A stretch of DNA of 20,000 nucleotides from Balamuthia mandrillaris. Its lineage: Eukaryota. Below the pieces are notes generated by a model. That model saw nothing but the letters and a program-made list of their open reading frames with translations. It had not been told where the DNA came from and ran no database searches. The position numbers and the translations under genes were made by a program. How positions within the stretch are numbered: the stretch's first letter is position 1; each line of letters starts with the position of its first letter. The DNA lies in NCBI GenBank assembly GCA_031835245.2, contig JAVKOQ020000047.1:236120-256119 (forward strand), in the 5' to 3' direction. Of the stretch, positions 19,998 through 20,000 are shown piece by piece.

Positions 19998-20000
19998 GGG

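Larger units (their letters stand above)
10916..20000 (-). mobile_element. Putative Crypton-like YR DNA transposon or island carrying the YR-Myb gene and an unknown gene; right end not in window
   Basis: Intact, intron-containing YR gene with no RT/RNaseH/gag nearby, and a left edge at a TTAGGG junction that truncates another gene. Including 15906-20000 is an inference from shared strand and microsatellite-rich composition. Confidence 0.5.

Noticed and set aside
11062..20000. DIRS/Ngaro-type YR retrotransposon
   Set aside because: No reverse transcriptase, RNase H, gag or split/inverted terminal repeats are visible, and the YR gene contains spliceosomal introns. A retro-type ORF beyond the window cannot be fully excluded.

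Overview
Eukaryotic, intron-containing DNA, most likely an amoebozoan (inferred from the ABP34-family genes, short GT/GC-AG introns and microsatellites). It has two very different halves. Left (1 to about 9150) is a compact host-gene block: a head-to-head pair of ABP34-like actin-bundling paralogues with long heptad arms, an organellar EF-P, ENOSF1/L-fuconate dehydratase, a PhyH-type Fe(II)/2OG dioxygenase and a decayed ankyrin-repeat remnant. Right (about 9155-20000) is a microsatellite-rich, partly very AT-rich island of apparently nested mobile DNA. It holds (i) a palindrome at the compositional boundary; (ii) a frameshifted, 5'-truncated tyrosine recombinase (YR)-acidic linker-chromodomain gene with a 139-bp solo LTR in its intron; (iii) a short telomeric tract GGTTAGGGTTAGGG exactly where that gene is cut off; (iv) an intact, spliced YR gene (R-K-HxxR-W-Y all present) fused to a C-terminal telobox-like Myb domain; and (v) a large multi-exon gene of unknown function. 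The best candidate for a new system is a Crypton-like DNA transposon whose YR carries a telomere-repeat-reading Myb domain and which abuts a TTAGGG site. All gene models were spliced by hand and no database searches were run.
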